64,000 bases of DNA from Chloroflexota bacterium. Its GTDB lineage: Bacteria > Chloroflexota > Dehalococcoidia > DSTF01 > JACRBR01. Below the pieces are notes generated by a model, which saw only the letters and a list, made by a program, of their open reading frames with translations, was not told where the DNA came from and ran no database searches. This document shows, one piece after another, positions 28,264 to 39,500 of the stretch (position 1 is the stretch's first letter; every line of letters starts with the position of its first letter). Where the stretch lies: NCBI GenBank assembly GCA_031400455.1, contig JANNPX010000014.1, positions 13,076-77,075 on the forward strand, given 5' to 3'. Both the position numbers and the translations under genes were made by a program.

Positions 28264-30017
28264 CCTGCCTCCGTCCTGATGTACGGCATCGCCGCAAGGA
28301 GCGTGGGAGCTGCGTCCATCACCGTACGATATCCGACAGCGGCGATCTCGTCGCCACGCTTGAAGTCGCGCACGCCGCCGCCACCCTCGACGCAGACCTC
28401 GATGTTGACGTCGGCGTCCACGTGGCTCACCTCCGAGAGGTGGTTCACCATGATCTCAAGCGAGCGGAGGATCGTCTCGATCGCGAAGGGGCGCTGCGGC
28501 TTCTCGTTCAGGCCGTCGCGCGGCGAAGTGTGCGATCCCGTCAGTCGCACGCCGATGACAAGGCCCGCGCCCAACTCGCGGCATTGCTGCACCGGCACCG
28601 GGTGCAGCACACTCCCGTCGACGAGATAGCTTCCGAGGGCAGCCGATGGTGGATACACGCCCGGAATTGCCATGCTGGCGAGCAACCTCGGCCAGGCCAG
28701 ACCGGAGGTGAAGGTCACCGCCGTTCGCCGAAAGAGGTCCGTCGCCACAACCGCCAGCGGTAGGTCCAGGTCCTCGATGTGGCGTTCTCCGCCAAGGCCG
28801 CGCAGCCCTTCCTTCAAGCCGCTGTTGCTCAGGAACGAATGGATCGGCAGCGTCGGCCGTACCGCCTTCGCGGCGACGCGTGCTGTGTGCTCCGTCAGTT
28901 CGTCCACCGTCATGCCGGCAGCGATGCCCGCCGCAATGGGCGCACCGATGCTGCACCCCGCGATGATGTCGATCGGCACGTCGAGTTCATCCAGGGCGCG
29001 CAGCACGCCCAGGTGCGCCAGCCCTTTCGCCGCTCCGGCGCCGAGCGCTACGCCGATACGTCGGTGCGTCAGCACGCGCGCCAGTCTCGCAATCGGAGTC
29101 CGCGGACCGTTCGAGTCTGACTCTGGCGGCACGATGCCCACGACCGGCAGTCCGACTCGCGCGGTCAGACGCCGCAGCGCTGGCTGCGTCCAGCGTTCGT
29201 CCCCAATCACGATGACCTGCCCGGCGGAATCATGTTCTGAGGTGGTGTACCCGTCGCTGGTTTCGTGGGCGACGTGCAATACCGATGATGCATTCGGCGC
29301 GATCTGATGGAACGCCGTCTCGCCGCCGAACAGGACGATCTCGTCGAATTCGTGCGAGAGCCGTTCTATGAGGCGCGGCAGTTCCGCCACGTCGGAACCA
29401 CTAATTGGCTGTACGGAGACCTTCGCGGCCTCCAGGTTCTGCTGACGGCTCGCATCGATGAAGCCTTCGCCCGCGACCAGCACCCTCACCCGCCCTGATG
29501 CCACGCTCGCCATGGCGGCGGGCAGGAGTGCCAACGCGCGCACGTCCGCGGGCCTACAACAAATGACGTGAACTCGCGCGGTGTGCAGGGCAAGCAGCCG
29601 CTCGTTCGCATGCTTCAGCCGCCCTGCCAGCGTTGCCGAGAGCGCCTCTATGAGGCGGGATCGCACGTCACCGACGCCCGCGAGCCGCGCCTGCGTCATC
29701 GCGTAGGTTTGGACAGCCGTCCCGGCGATCACGTCCGCGGAGGCGGGGTCACCGGTCAGTAGCGACATCTCACCTACGCACTCGCCGAAGCCGAGGCGCC
29801 CCAACTCGCGGCGCTCTCCGTTGTTGTTCGTCGCCATCACCGCTGCTACGCCCTCGACAATCACCTGGAAGAGCGGCTCAATCGTCCCTTGCGCGACCAG
29901 TACCTCGCCCGGCTGGTAGGTGCGTAGATCCATCACGGATCGAAGCGCGTCCCACTCGGTATCCGAGAGAAGCTGGAACAGCGTGCTCGCGAGCGTACGA
30001 TTCTCGATGTTTGGCAT
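28260..30017 (-). CDS. cNMP-binding domain plus patatin-like phospholipase (NTE-like)
   Basis: N-terminal GEVLVAQG..GECVGEMSLL cNMP fold; GAGAAKG, GCSIG nucleophile, ASMAIPG, VDGS. Confidence 0.92.
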   Translation of the reverse strand: MPNIENRTLASTLFQLLSDTEWDALRSVMDLRTYQPGEVLVAQGTIEPLFQVIVEGVAAVMATNNNGERRELGRLGFGECVGEMSLLTGDPASADVIAGTAVQTYAMTQARLAGVGDVRSRLIEALSATLAGRLKHANERLLALHTARVHVICCRPADVRALALLPAAMASVASGRVRVLVAGEGFIDASRQQNLEAAKVSVQPISGSDVAELPRLIERLSHEFDEIVLFGGETAFHQIAPNASSVLHVAHETSDGYTTSEHDSAGQVIVIGDERWTQPALRRLTARVGLPVVGIVPPESDSNGPRTPIARLARVLTHRRIGVALGAGAAKGLAHLGVLRALDELDVPIDIIAGCSIGAPIAAGIAAGMTVDELTEHTARVAAKAVRPTLPIHSFLSNSGLKEGLRGLGGERHIEDLDLPLAVVATDLFRRTAVTFTSGLAWPRLLASMAIPGVYPPSAALGSYLVDGSVLHPVPVQQCRELGAGLVIGVRLTGSHTSPRDGLNEKPQRPFAIETILRSLEIMVNHLSEVSHVDADVNIEVCVEGGGGVRDFKRGDEIAAVGYRTVMDAAPTLLAAMPYIRTEAG

Positions 30018-30131
30018 CAGCGATAGATTGCGCCTATCTGAGGCGAGACGCAAGCGATGATTGCGGAGCTTCGCTTCTTGACGGGCGAACGTTGCGCTCG
30101 CGTTAATTCGGGGCGGCATCGGTCGGGGCCG

Positions 30132-30160
30132 TTGACACGGGACAGGGCATCCCTCAGACT
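30132..30160 (+). promoter_or_regulatory. Possible sigma70 promoter for the giant protein gene
   Basis: TTGACA, 17 bp spacer, CAGACT (weak -10). Confidence 0.35.
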
Positions 30161-30284
30161 TTCTGGAGCTAGCCCGAAACTCCCCGCAGGGCACATCAGG
30201 CGACGCGGATCCGCTATGAGGACGTGTAGGGCAGCGGACGCCAGACCGACGCGACGATTTCGACAGCGGTTAGAGAGTTAAACC

Positions 30285-33200
30285 TTGCGTCACCTCCTTC
30301 GTACCCACTCGCTCGGCGTTGTGCTCGTGATTGCGGCCCTTGCGTCGCTGACTGCTATCGCGCCGCGTCTATGGCAGTCGGGTTCCGCACCCGCTACCGA
30401 GGCGGCAGGGATCGCGACTTCGGGTCGTGACCCGGCTCCGCTATTCGACCGCGACGACGAATCCAGAAGCCCAACTCGTACGCCGACCAAGACTCCCACG
30501 AAGACACCGACGCCCACGCGGACGGCCACGAAGACATCGACGCCCACGCGGACAGCCACCGCGACATCGACATCGACGCCGACATCCACGCCCACCCCCA
30601 CGGCGACACCGACGCTCCCCCCGGCGCTGGCGAACTTCGTAGTCACAGACGCCGCGTGGAAGTTCAGTCGCAGTCCGGGACAGGACTGGCAGAATGCGGC
30701 GTTCAACGACGGCACATGGGGCGCGGCGGTCGCGCCGAGCCAGGGGCTCTGCACATCGGGCGTCCCCAATCCCCAGATCGCCGCGCCTATGTGGGCGCCG
30801 AATCCGGTGGCATTCGAGACGGTGTACTTCCGTAGACTGTTTGCGCTCGACCAGGTGCCCACATCTGCGACGATCTTCACCGTCTTCGACGATATCGGCG
30901 ATCTCTACGTCAACGGGACGCTCGTTCGGACGGACAACAACCCGATCGTCGACGCGGAGCCGATGTCCGATGACATCGCCGCGCTCCTGCGGATCGGCGT
31001 GAACGTGATCGCCCTCCGTGTCACGGATGCGGCTGGGGCATGTCAGGCCGTGCAGGTGACCACGAGCTTCGTCGACCCGATCAACAGCCTCGCGCTCACC
31101 GTGGATCGCAACGCCGCGCCCGCGGGGCTCTCGCAGATACCGCTCGGCTCGATACCGATCGAAGCCATTGGAAGCAGCGGGAACGTCGCATCATCGGCGA
31201 TCCGCAACATGAACCTCGAGAGTTCACAGCTCAGCAGCATCCGGCTCTCGTCGATCCGGCTGAGCAGCATCGCGCTCGCCAGCACGCGGCTGAGCAGCAT
31301 CCAGCTTTCGTCGATTCCCATCACCTACCCAGGTGGCTGGGAGGCGATCCTCGACGGCACGGCGCTCGACGGCGTACCGCTGCAACAAGTGACGCTTGGG
31401 CAGCTCGCCGCGCTGAGCCCGGCGCCCGCTGCTCTGGATCCGAATTCGCCGGAACCGCTCACGATCGGCCAAGTGGACCTCAGTTCAACTGAACTCCGCT
31501 CGCTCAGTCTCGCGGCGGTCGCTCTCGGCAGTACGCGGCTCAGCTCGATCGCAGTCCCGGCAGGTGCGGCCGATTGGTGCGACGCGATCGCGCAAGCCGG
31601 ATCGACGTGCGCCGACCTCGGCTACACATCCGGCGATATCGGCGACGCCACGCTCATCGAACTCAACGTCAGGGGAGTGCGGCTCAGCTCCATCCAGCTC
31701 AGCAGCATCCGGCTCAGCAGCATCGATCTCGCCAGCTCTGAGCTCGGTTCGATTCGGCTCAGCAGCATCCGGCTCAGTTCGATTCAGCTCAGCAGCATCC
31801 GCCTCAGCTCCATTCGGCTCAGCAGCATCACCACGCCGGGCGGAGCCATCGCTTCCGTTCGGCTCAGTTCGATCGACCTGCCGGCGGGGGCCGCCAGCTG
31901 GTGCGAGTACTTCGCGACCAACGGACCCACATGCGCCGCGCTTGGCATCAGCGATACCAGCACGCTCTTCGAGGTCGCCGCCGCGCTCACGCAACAGAAC
32001 ATCCCGATCGCGTCGAGTGCGCTGGCGCCCATCCGGCTCAGCAGCATCCGGCTCAGCTCGATCCAGCTCAGCAGCATCAGGCTCAGCTCGATTCCGCTCG
32101 ACAGCATCGCGATCAGCGACACGCGGCTCAGCAGCATCCGGCTCAGCTCGATTCGGCTCAGCAGCATCGCGCCGGACGCGTCTCGACTCAGCAGCATCCG
32201 GCTCAGCTCCATCGCCAATGTCGACACGATTGTGTCTTGCGACATCGTTGCGTGCGCATCGGCTACGCTCGGTGATGCAGGCGACTTGAACGCAATCCTG
32301 CCGGACGCACTGCTTGGCGCTCTCGGCGCCTATGACGACGTCACCGTTCAAGACATCCTCGACGATCTTGGCGCGTCACCCGCCGAAGTTGCGTACTTCC
32401 TCAGCCTCTTCTACGGCGAGGTCACGGTCGGCGAGGTCGCGAACGACCCGACCGTGAACCTCGGCGATACGACGCTCGGACAGCTGCTGCTGGCGCTGCT
32501 CGTGAAGTCGGACTACCCGTGGGAGAACCTGCCGCTCGACGCCATCAACTCGCCCCTCGTCCCCGGTGGTGGCACGCCGCTCAATTACACCGCGACGTTC
32601 AACTACGCCGGTCCGCCCGCCGTCGAACCGACGCTGCTCCGGGTCGCCCTCCCGGACACCTTCCGCTACCTGCCCGGCACCACGACGATCACCATCACGG
32701 GCGCGCCCGTTGTGACGCTGCAAACGGAACCATCCGTTAGCGGTGCGACCGTCACGTGGGACGTGCCCGGCCTGATAGCGGGCGATCTCGTGCGCGTCGA
32801 CTTCCAGGCCCGTGCGGGCCTCCGTCTTGGCACGCAGACATCGTCGGTCGCCGCCCTTCGCGCGCCGTACCCGGAGACAAACGCCACGCTGCAAGCGCCC
32901 GTCACCATCGGCGAGAATTTTGAGTCGAACGACGACCCTGCCACAGCTCCCATTGTCGCGCCCGACACGCTCTATCTCTCGCACATCAGCAGCGCGACCG
33001 ACCGAGACTTCTTCCGCATTCCGGCCAGCTTCCAGCCCGGGCAGCGGGTGCAGGTTCTGCTGAGCCACCAGTCGCAGGACAACGACATTGCGCTCTTCAG
33101 CCCGGCGGCATCGCAGCTGCGCCCGTCCACCGGTGAACCGCTGCAGAGCCTGCCGCTCGATGACGACGGACGCGATATCAACAGCGCGGGCAACAACCCG

Positions 33201-36200
33201 CAGCCGCAGACGCTGCAGGACGTCGGAATCGCCGCGGCGCGGCTCAGCAGCATTCAGCTGAGCAGCATTCGGCTCAGTAGCATCTCTGCAAACCGCGGTT
33301 CCGCGGACGAATCCGTCGCCGCGCTCTCCACCGATTCCGATTCGGGTTACTACACGGTGCAGATCGGCGGCTACAACGGCGCGTCCGGCGTCGACCCGTA
33401 CATCATGCGCCTCAAGGTCGACGATCCCCCGCCCGATCCCGCCTGCGCCGCGCGCACGTTCCCGAATGCGGGCTCCGGGGTTGCCGGCACCACGCCGGCA
33501 TCGTTCCCGAACGACACCAACACGATCTTCCTCGTGAACGAGAAGCGCCTGGGCGATACCTATGGCGCATCAGCCGCGACGAGCGTGATGACCGCGCTGA
33601 CAACGCTCGCCGGGCGAAGCGATCTCGGCGTGCGTGGCGCTGTGCTGTCGATCGATGGCTCATCGTCCGTCGCAGGCGCGTACGCGGCCTGGGATGCAGC
33701 CCCGTGTTCGACCTCCACTGCGAACGCGGTCGTGAAGGCGATCAACGCGCTGGTCGACCAATATCGCACCAACATGCCGCAGCTCCAGAACATTGTCGTC
33801 GTCGGCGCCGATCAACTCGTGCCGTTCGCGCGCATCCCCGACCTCACTCGCATCTCGAACGAAGGCGACTACGCCGCTGATGCGCAGGCCACCGGCAACC
33901 CGGAATTCGCGAGCAGTTTCATCGCGCGCAACATCCTCACGGATGACGCGTACGCCGACTTCAATCCGACGCCCTGGCTCGACCGCCAGATCTTCGTGCC
34001 GCAGGTGGCCATTGGCCGGATGGTCGAAACGCCGGATCAGATCATCGCCCAGGTCAACCAGTTCATCGACTTCAGCGGCCGACTCGATCCGGACACCGCC
34101 CTGACGACCGGCTACGACTTCCTCGCCGACGGCGCGAACGAGATCGGGGCGTCGCTCGACACGCTGGTGGGCATTCCGAACGCGCAGCGCCTGATCAACG
34201 AAACGTGGACGAGCGCCGACCTTCAGGCGGCGCTCAACGACGCGACGCCGGTGCCGGATGTGGTGTCCCTGAACGCGCACTTCGATCAGTACCGGCTGCT
34301 CCCGGGCGCCGGCAACAGCACGAACGATGAGTCCGACCTCTACACCACGGCGGACATCGCGCGCGCCCCGGCCGATCCGCTCCTGCTGGAAGCGCGCGTC
34401 ATCTTCTCGATGGGCTGCCACTCCGGCCTGAACGCGCCCGACTTCCTCGTCGGTTCGCCGAACGCCGATCAGGCGCAGCGACTGCTCGACTGGCCGCAGG
34501 CGTTCTCCGATCAGGGTGCCGCGGTCTACGTCGCCAACACCGGTTACGGCTACGGCGATACGGATATCGTCGCGTACTCCGAGAAGGTGATGTCGCTGTT
34601 CGCCGAGCGCATCGGCAGCAAGACGGGCAGCACCCTCACCATTGGACAGGCACTGGCATACGCCAAGCAGGAGTACTTCGGCAGCCTGGTGCAGTACGAG
34701 GCCTACGATGAGAAGGCGCTACAGGAAACGACCTTCTACGGATTGCCCATGTTCCGCATCGGTCCGCCGATTCAGACGCCGCCACCCCTGTTGTCGGCAC
34801 TCTCGTCGCCGTCGCTGTCGGCCCTGTCATTGCCACCATTCGAGACCGATCCCCGCACCGGGCTCAACGCCTTCAGCATTGACGCTTCGCCGTCATTCGC
34901 CCTGATCGATCTCGGCGCGAAGGGCGCGTATTACACCAGCGATGGTGGTAGCGAGGCGAACGCCGGCCGTCCGATACAGCCGCAGTTCAGCGTCGACCTT
35001 CCTGTGTCGACGGATGGCTCGAAACCGCACGGCATCATCGTGACCGGGCTGCAGTCCACCGATACGCACGGCTTCAACGCGGTCTTCTCGAGCCCCGTGA
35101 CCGACGGCTCGGTGCCCGAACAGCCGACTGATACCATCTTCCCGTCGTCGATTCACAACCTCACCGCGTTCACGACGCCGTTCGGCCCCCAACATCGTGC
35201 AGTCTTCATGCCCGGACAGTTCCTGCCCGAAACGGGACAACCGGTGGGTACGGGTACACAACGCCTGTTCACAGGCATCCAGGCTACGGTGCTCTACTCG
35301 AACAGCAGCGACGTAACGCCGCCGACGATCATTCAGACACGCGCCGCCATCATCGGCGCGGACGCCAGCTTCGTCGTCGAAGCCGAAGACGACCTGCCCG
35401 ACAACGTCATGAGCGTGTTCGTACTGTTCCGTGCGCAGTCGAGCCCCGCGTGGTCCGCGCTCGACCTCGTGAACGAACCCGGCACGAATCGCTGGACAGG
35501 CTCAGCTCCCGCGGGCGGTCCGGTCGAGTACATGGTCTACGCTATCGATGCGGGCGGGAACGTCGCGCTCTCGACCAACAAGGGCGAGTTTCACCACACC
35601 GAGTCCGTGCCGCCGTCCAGCGGCCTGACGGTCACGGTCGCGGGTACGATAGCCGGCGGTGGCTGGTACAGCTCCGCGAGCATCACGGTCGCTGGCGCGC
35701 CGGGCGCCACCTTCGAGACGAGCGTTGACGGCAAGCCGTTCCTGCCCTACACCGGCGCGGTCGCTATTACCGGCCCGGGCGTGCACGTCGTCAATGCGCG
35801 GGGCTCCGACTTCTCCAGCGGCGGCGCCATCGTGCCTGTCGATGCCACGCCACCCACCGTGGCGATCACGGCGCCCGCGCTCAACGGAACGCTGCTCAAG
35901 AATCAGCCGGTCGCGGCATCATATGCATGTGCCGACGCCGGCTCCGGCGTGGCGACATGCCTGGGCTCGGTCGCCAACGGTGCGCCGATTGACACGTCGG
36001 CGTCTGGCCCGAAGGTGTTCCAGGTGACGGCAAGTGATGTCGCCGGCAACCTCAGCGTTGTCAATCATGCATATTCGGTCAGCACGTGCGCGTTCGGCAA
36101 CACCGCCTGCGACGGGCTCCCCGATGCGTACAAGCTCGCGCAGGCCTGCTTCGCGCAGTACCCACTCACGCAAGACATCGGCGCGCTCGACACGGACGGG

Positions 36201-36533
36201 GATGGTCTAACGAACCTCGAAGAGTTCGTCTACCTCACGGATCCGTGCAAGGTGGACACCGACGACGATGGCTATACCGATGACCGGGAGGTTACGCTCG
36301 CTAGCAACCCGCTGATCTACTGCGGGATCATGCGGGCTGATGTGACTGGTGATGGCGTCATCAGCATCATGGATCTCAGCCTGGTCGCCGGATACTGGCA
36401 GCAGTCGGTGCCACCGGCACCTGCCCGTTACGACCAGGACGGCGACGCACAGATAAGCATCATCGATCTCTCGAGGATGGCGGCCTGGTTCTCGCGCAAC
36501 ATCTCGCAGTGTCCGAGCGCTCCCAGTCCGTAG
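30285..36533 (+). CDS. Giant secreted multidomain protein: PT linker, jelly-roll domain, (R/Q)LSSI repeats, PPC-like domain, C25 (gingipain-like) peptidase, Ig-like domains, Ca-binding repeats, dockerin-like C-terminus
   Basis: Signal peptide; TVYFRR..DDIGDLYVNG; VVVGADQLVPF, TDDAYAD, VAIGRM, NAHF and MGCHSG; DTDGDG/DTDDDG; ADVTGDGVISIMDL and YDQDGDAQISIIDL. Confidence 0.85.
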   Translation: MRHLLRTHSLGVVLVIAALASLTAIAPRLWQSGSAPATEAAGIATSGRDPAPLFDRDDESRSPTRTPTKTPTKTPTPTRTATKTSTPTRTATATSTSTPTSTPTPTATPTLPPALANFVVTDAAWKFSRSPGQDWQNAAFNDGTWGAAVAPSQGLCTSGVPNPQIAAPMWAPNPVAFETVYFRRLFALDQVPTSATIFTVFDDIGDLYVNGTLVRTDNNPIVDAEPMSDDIAALLRIGVNVIALRVTDAAGACQAVQVTTSFVDPINSLALTVDRNAAPAGLSQIPLGSIPIEAIGSSGNVASSAIRNMNLESSQLSSIRLSSIRLSSIALASTRLSSIQLSSIPITYPGGWEAILDGTALDGVPLQQVTLGQLAALSPAPAALDPNSPEPLTIGQVDLSSTELRSLSLAAVALGSTRLSSIAVPAGAADWCDAIAQAGSTCADLGYTSGDIGDATLIELNVRGVRLSSIQLSSIRLSSIDLASSELGSIRLSSIRLSSIQLSSIRLSSIRLSSITTPGGAIASVRLSSIDLPAGAASWCEYFATNGPTCAALGISDTSTLFEVAAALTQQNIPIASSALAPIRLSSIRLSSIQLSSIRLSSIPLDSIAISDTRLSSIRLSSIRLSSIAPDASRLSSIRLSSIANVDTIVSCDIVACASATLGDAGDLNAILPDALLGALGAYDDVTVQDILDDLGASPAEVAYFLSLFYGEVTVGEVANDPTVNLGDTTLGQLLLALLVKSDYPWENLPLDAINSPLVPGGGTPLNYTATFNYAGPPAVEPTLLRVALPDTFRYLPGTTTITITGAPVVTLQTEPSVSGATVTWDVPGLIAGDLVRVDFQARAGLRLGTQTSSVAALRAPYPETNATLQAPVTIGENFESNDDPATAPIVAPDTLYLSHISSATDRDFFRIPASFQPGQRVQVLLSHQSQDNDIALFSPAASQLRPSTGEPLQSLPLDDDGRDINSAGNNPQPQTLQDVGIAAARLSSIQLSSIRLSSISANRGSADESVAALSTDSDSGYYTVQIGGYNGASGVDPYIMRLKVDDPPPDPACAARTFPNAGSGVAGTTPASFPNDTNTIFLVNEKRLGDTYGASAATSVMTALTTLAGRSDLGVRGAVLSIDGSSSVAGAYAAWDAAPCSTSTANAVVKAINALVDQYRTNMPQLQNIVVVGADQLVPFARIPDLTRISNEGDYAADAQATGNPEFASSFIARNILTDDAYADFNPTPWLDRQIFVPQVAIGRMVETPDQIIAQVNQFIDFSGRLDPDTALTTGYDFLADGANEIGASLDTLVGIPNAQRLINETWTSADLQAALNDATPVPDVVSLNAHFDQYRLLPGAGNSTNDESDLYTTADIARAPADPLLLEARVIFSMGCHSGLNAPDFLVGSPNADQAQRLLDWPQAFSDQGAAVYVANTGYGYGDTDIVAYSEKVMSLFAERIGSKTGSTLTIGQALAYAKQEYFGSLVQYEAYDEKALQETTFYGLPMFRIGPPIQTPPPLLSALSSPSLSALSLPPFETDPRTGLNAFSIDASPSFALIDLGAKGAYYTSDGGSEANAGRPIQPQFSVDLPVSTDGSKPHGIIVTGLQSTDTHGFNAVFSSPVTDGSVPEQPTDTIFPSSIHNLTAFTTPFGPQHRAVFMPGQFLPETGQPVGTGTQRLFTGIQATVLYSNSSDVTPPTIIQTRAAIIGADASFVVEAEDDLPDNVMSVFVLFRAQSSPAWSALDLVNEPGTNRWTGSAPAGGPVEYMVYAIDAGGNVALSTNKGEFHHTESVPPSSGLTVTVAGTIAGGGWYSSASITVAGAPGATFETSVDGKPFLPYTGAVAITGPGVHVVNARGSDFSSGGAIVPVDATPPTVAITAPALNGTLLKNQPVAASYACADAGSGVATCLGSVANGAPIDTSASGPKVFQVTASDVAGNLSVVNHAYSVSTCAFGNTACDGLPDAYKLAQACFAQYPLTQDIGALDTDGDGLTNLEEFVYLTDPCKVDTDDDGYTDDREVTLASNPLIYCGIMRADVTGDGVISIMDLSLVAGYWQQSVPPAPARYDQDGDAQISIIDLSRMAAWFSRNISQCPSAPSP
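31227..33284 (+). repeat. Coding 15-bp tandem repeats (CGGCTCAGCAGCATC = RLSSI)
   Basis: About 27 xLSSI units counted by eye: four blocks in 31227-32213 and one block at 33240-33284. Confidence 0.95.
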
Positions 36534-36580
36534 GGGTCTGACGTCCGGAGAGCGATCGCCGGCGCCGGTAGAATAGGCGC

Positions 36581-39500
36581 ATGACGGCCAGCCTCACCCC
36601 TTACGTTCCACGGCTACTGGTCGAGTGGGATCGGGTCGCTCCCAGCGATGCGTACCGCTTGATCGACGGTACGCTCGTCTTCATCGACATCTCCGGCTTC
36701 ACGGCTATGTCCGAACGCCTCGCACGGAGCGGCAAGGTGGGTGCCGAAGAAGTCACGGAAGTGATGAACGCCAGCTTCACACGTCTCCTGGAACACGCCT
36801 ACGCTGAAGGCGGGTCCCTGCTCAAGTTCGGCGGCGATGCGCTGCTCCTCTTTTACTCTGGCGAACGCCATGCCCAGCGTGGCTGTCGCGCCGCGATGTC
36901 AATGCGCCAGGAGTTGCGGCGAGCGGGTCGTTTTCGCACGTCGGCGGGCCTGGTCGGGCTGCGCATGTCTGTCGGCGTGCACAGTGGCGAGTGTGCGTTC
37001 TTCCTCGCCGGCGATTCCCATCGTGAGTTGATCATCGCTGGCCCCACCGTGACGAAGACCGTCGAAATGGAGGCGACGGCGCAGACGGGGGAGATCCTCG
37101 TGAGCGCCGAGATCGCCGCGATGTTGCCGGCGGGCGGCTCCGTCGCCCATCCATCCGGCGGGTTCCTGCTGAAGAAGGCCCCGCCGTCAACCGGAGATAG
37201 CGCGCCCGAGGATGCGGCGCTGGTCTTCGCGCATGGAGATATCTTCGTTCCGGTAGCGATTCGCCAGCATCTGGGTGAGACCGCGGCGGAGAGTGAACAT
37301 CGTCAGGTCACGGTAGCGTTCATCCATTTCGACCGCACCGACGCATTGCTTGCGGCCGATGGTCCCGCGGCGCTCGCAGCGAAGCTCGACTCGCTCATGC
37401 GGAACGTGCAGGCGGCAACGCTCGAACATGACGTCTGCGTGCTCGGTACCGATATCGACAAAGATGGCGGAAAGATCATCCTCACGGCAGGCGTGCCCCG
37501 CAGTAACGATAACGACGAGGAGCGAATGCTCCGCGCTCTCCGCGCCATCGTCGACGCGAGTGCCGATCTTCCTTTGCGCGTCGGCGTCAATCGCGGCCCC
37601 GTGTTCGCCGGCGACATCGGTCCGTCATATCGCAAGACGTACACGGTGATGGGCGATGCCGTGAACCTCGCGGCGCGGCTCATGGCGAAAGCTGAACCGG
37701 GCCAGATCCTGTCGACCGAGAGCGTCATCGAGCGTTCCCGCACGCAGTTCAAGACGCGCGCGCTCGAACCCTTCAGCGTGAAGGGGAAGGCCCGGCCGAT
37801 CACGGCGTTCGCGATCGGTTCTATGCGGGCGCTTCGGGCCAGAGGCGACGCCAGCCGCGTTCCGCTTGTCGGGCGCGAGCAGGAGATGCACCTGCTCACC
37901 GCGACGCTCGACTCCATCCACGTCCAGGGCACGGCCATTGTCGAGCTGATCGGCCCCGCCGGCATCGGGAAGTCGCGGCTCATTCGTGAACTCGCGGCGT
38001 CGCGCGAAGGTATCGCGTACTTCGAGACGACCGCCGAGCAGTACGCCTCAGCGACACCGTACTTCGCCTTCGGTGCGTTCCTGCGGTCCGTCCTTGGGAT
38101 AGCGCCGCAGAGCCGCGGTGCGAACGCGGTCGCAACCCTCACCGAACGCGTCAACGAGCACGCCCCTTTGCTCGCGCCGTGGCTGCCGCTGGTCGCGCTC
38201 GTGATGGATCTCCGCGTCCCATCGACGCCCGAGGTCGACCAGCTCGACCCGCGCTTCCGCCGCAACCGGCTGCATGAAGTGGTCACTGAGCTCTTGACGC
38301 GGCTCTTGCCGCGCCCGGCCGTGATCGCCTTCGATGACGCGCATTGGCTCGACGAAGCTTCGCGCGACCTCCTGCGGTACGTCATGGCAAGCGTTGACCA
38401 GGTGCCGTGGCTTATCTGCATCCCCCGCCGGCCAGACGACGCCCTCTCGTTCGCTCCCGATGCGCCGAACGCCGCCGTTATCAGGCTCGAACCGCTCGCG
38501 CCGGACGCCGCGCTCGCCCTCGTGGCGGCGGTCGCAAGTGACGCGCCCATCTCCCAGCACGAGTTGCGCGCCCTCGCCGAGCGCGCCGGCGGCAACCCGC
38601 TCTTCCTCCGCGAGATCGTCGCCAACCGCCTCGCCCAGCAGGAGGGCGCTGGCATGCCTGAGAGTGTGGAAGCGTTGCTTACCGCACGCATCGATCGCCT
38701 GGCGCCGGACGATCGACGGCTCCTGCGTTACGCATCCGTCTTCGGCACCAGCATCAGCACGGAGGCGCTGGACGGCAGCCTTGCGGGCCTGGTTGCATCT
38801 GAGGGCGAGGCGAGCTGGCTGCGTCTCGATGAGTTCCTCGTGACGGATGTGCCGGGGAGCGTCCGTTTCAAACACGCGGTCGTTCAGGAGGTCGCGTACG
38901 AAGGCCTGCCGTTTCGCCTGCGGCGAGAGCTGCACGAACGCATAGGCCTGTACCTTGAGCGCACTGCTGGCGAGCGTGCAGACGACGACGCCGACCTGCT
39001 CTCTGTCCATTTCTCGCGAGCGCAGGATTACCGGCGCGCCTACCGCTATGCGCGAATCGCGGGCGATCGTTCGAAAGCCCGGTTTGCCAACGTTGAGGCA
39101 TCGGAGGCGTACGCCCGCGCGATCTCTGCCGCACGCCTGCTAGACGATGTCCCCTCAGTGGAACTCGCGGCGCTGCTCGAATCGCGCGGCGACGTCTGCG
39201 AGCTTGCCGGGCGCTACGCCGATGCGGCGTCCGCGTATCAGGCCGCCGGTCGCATTGATGGTTATCACGGCGCAGCGCCGGGCGGACTCGCGCTGAAGCA
39301 GGGTGTGATTCGCGAGCGGACGGGCCGGTACACGCCTGCGCTCCGGTGGTACGGGCGTGCGTTGCGGGCGGAGGATGGCGATCCGCGCGATCGCGCCAAG
39401 CTAGGGCTCGCCTACGCCGGCGTACGGTTCCGCCAGGGCCGTTACGCAGACTGCGCACACTGGGCTCGCACGGCGCTACGCGACGCCCAAGCGGTGGGTG

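Noticed and set aside
30020-30284. c-di-GMP or c-di-AMP riboswitch ahead of the giant protein
   Set aside because: Consensus elements were not identifiable by eye.
31227-32213. CRISPR array
   Set aside because: The 15-bp units are in-frame and contiguous with synonymous variation, and there are no unique spacers or cas genes.
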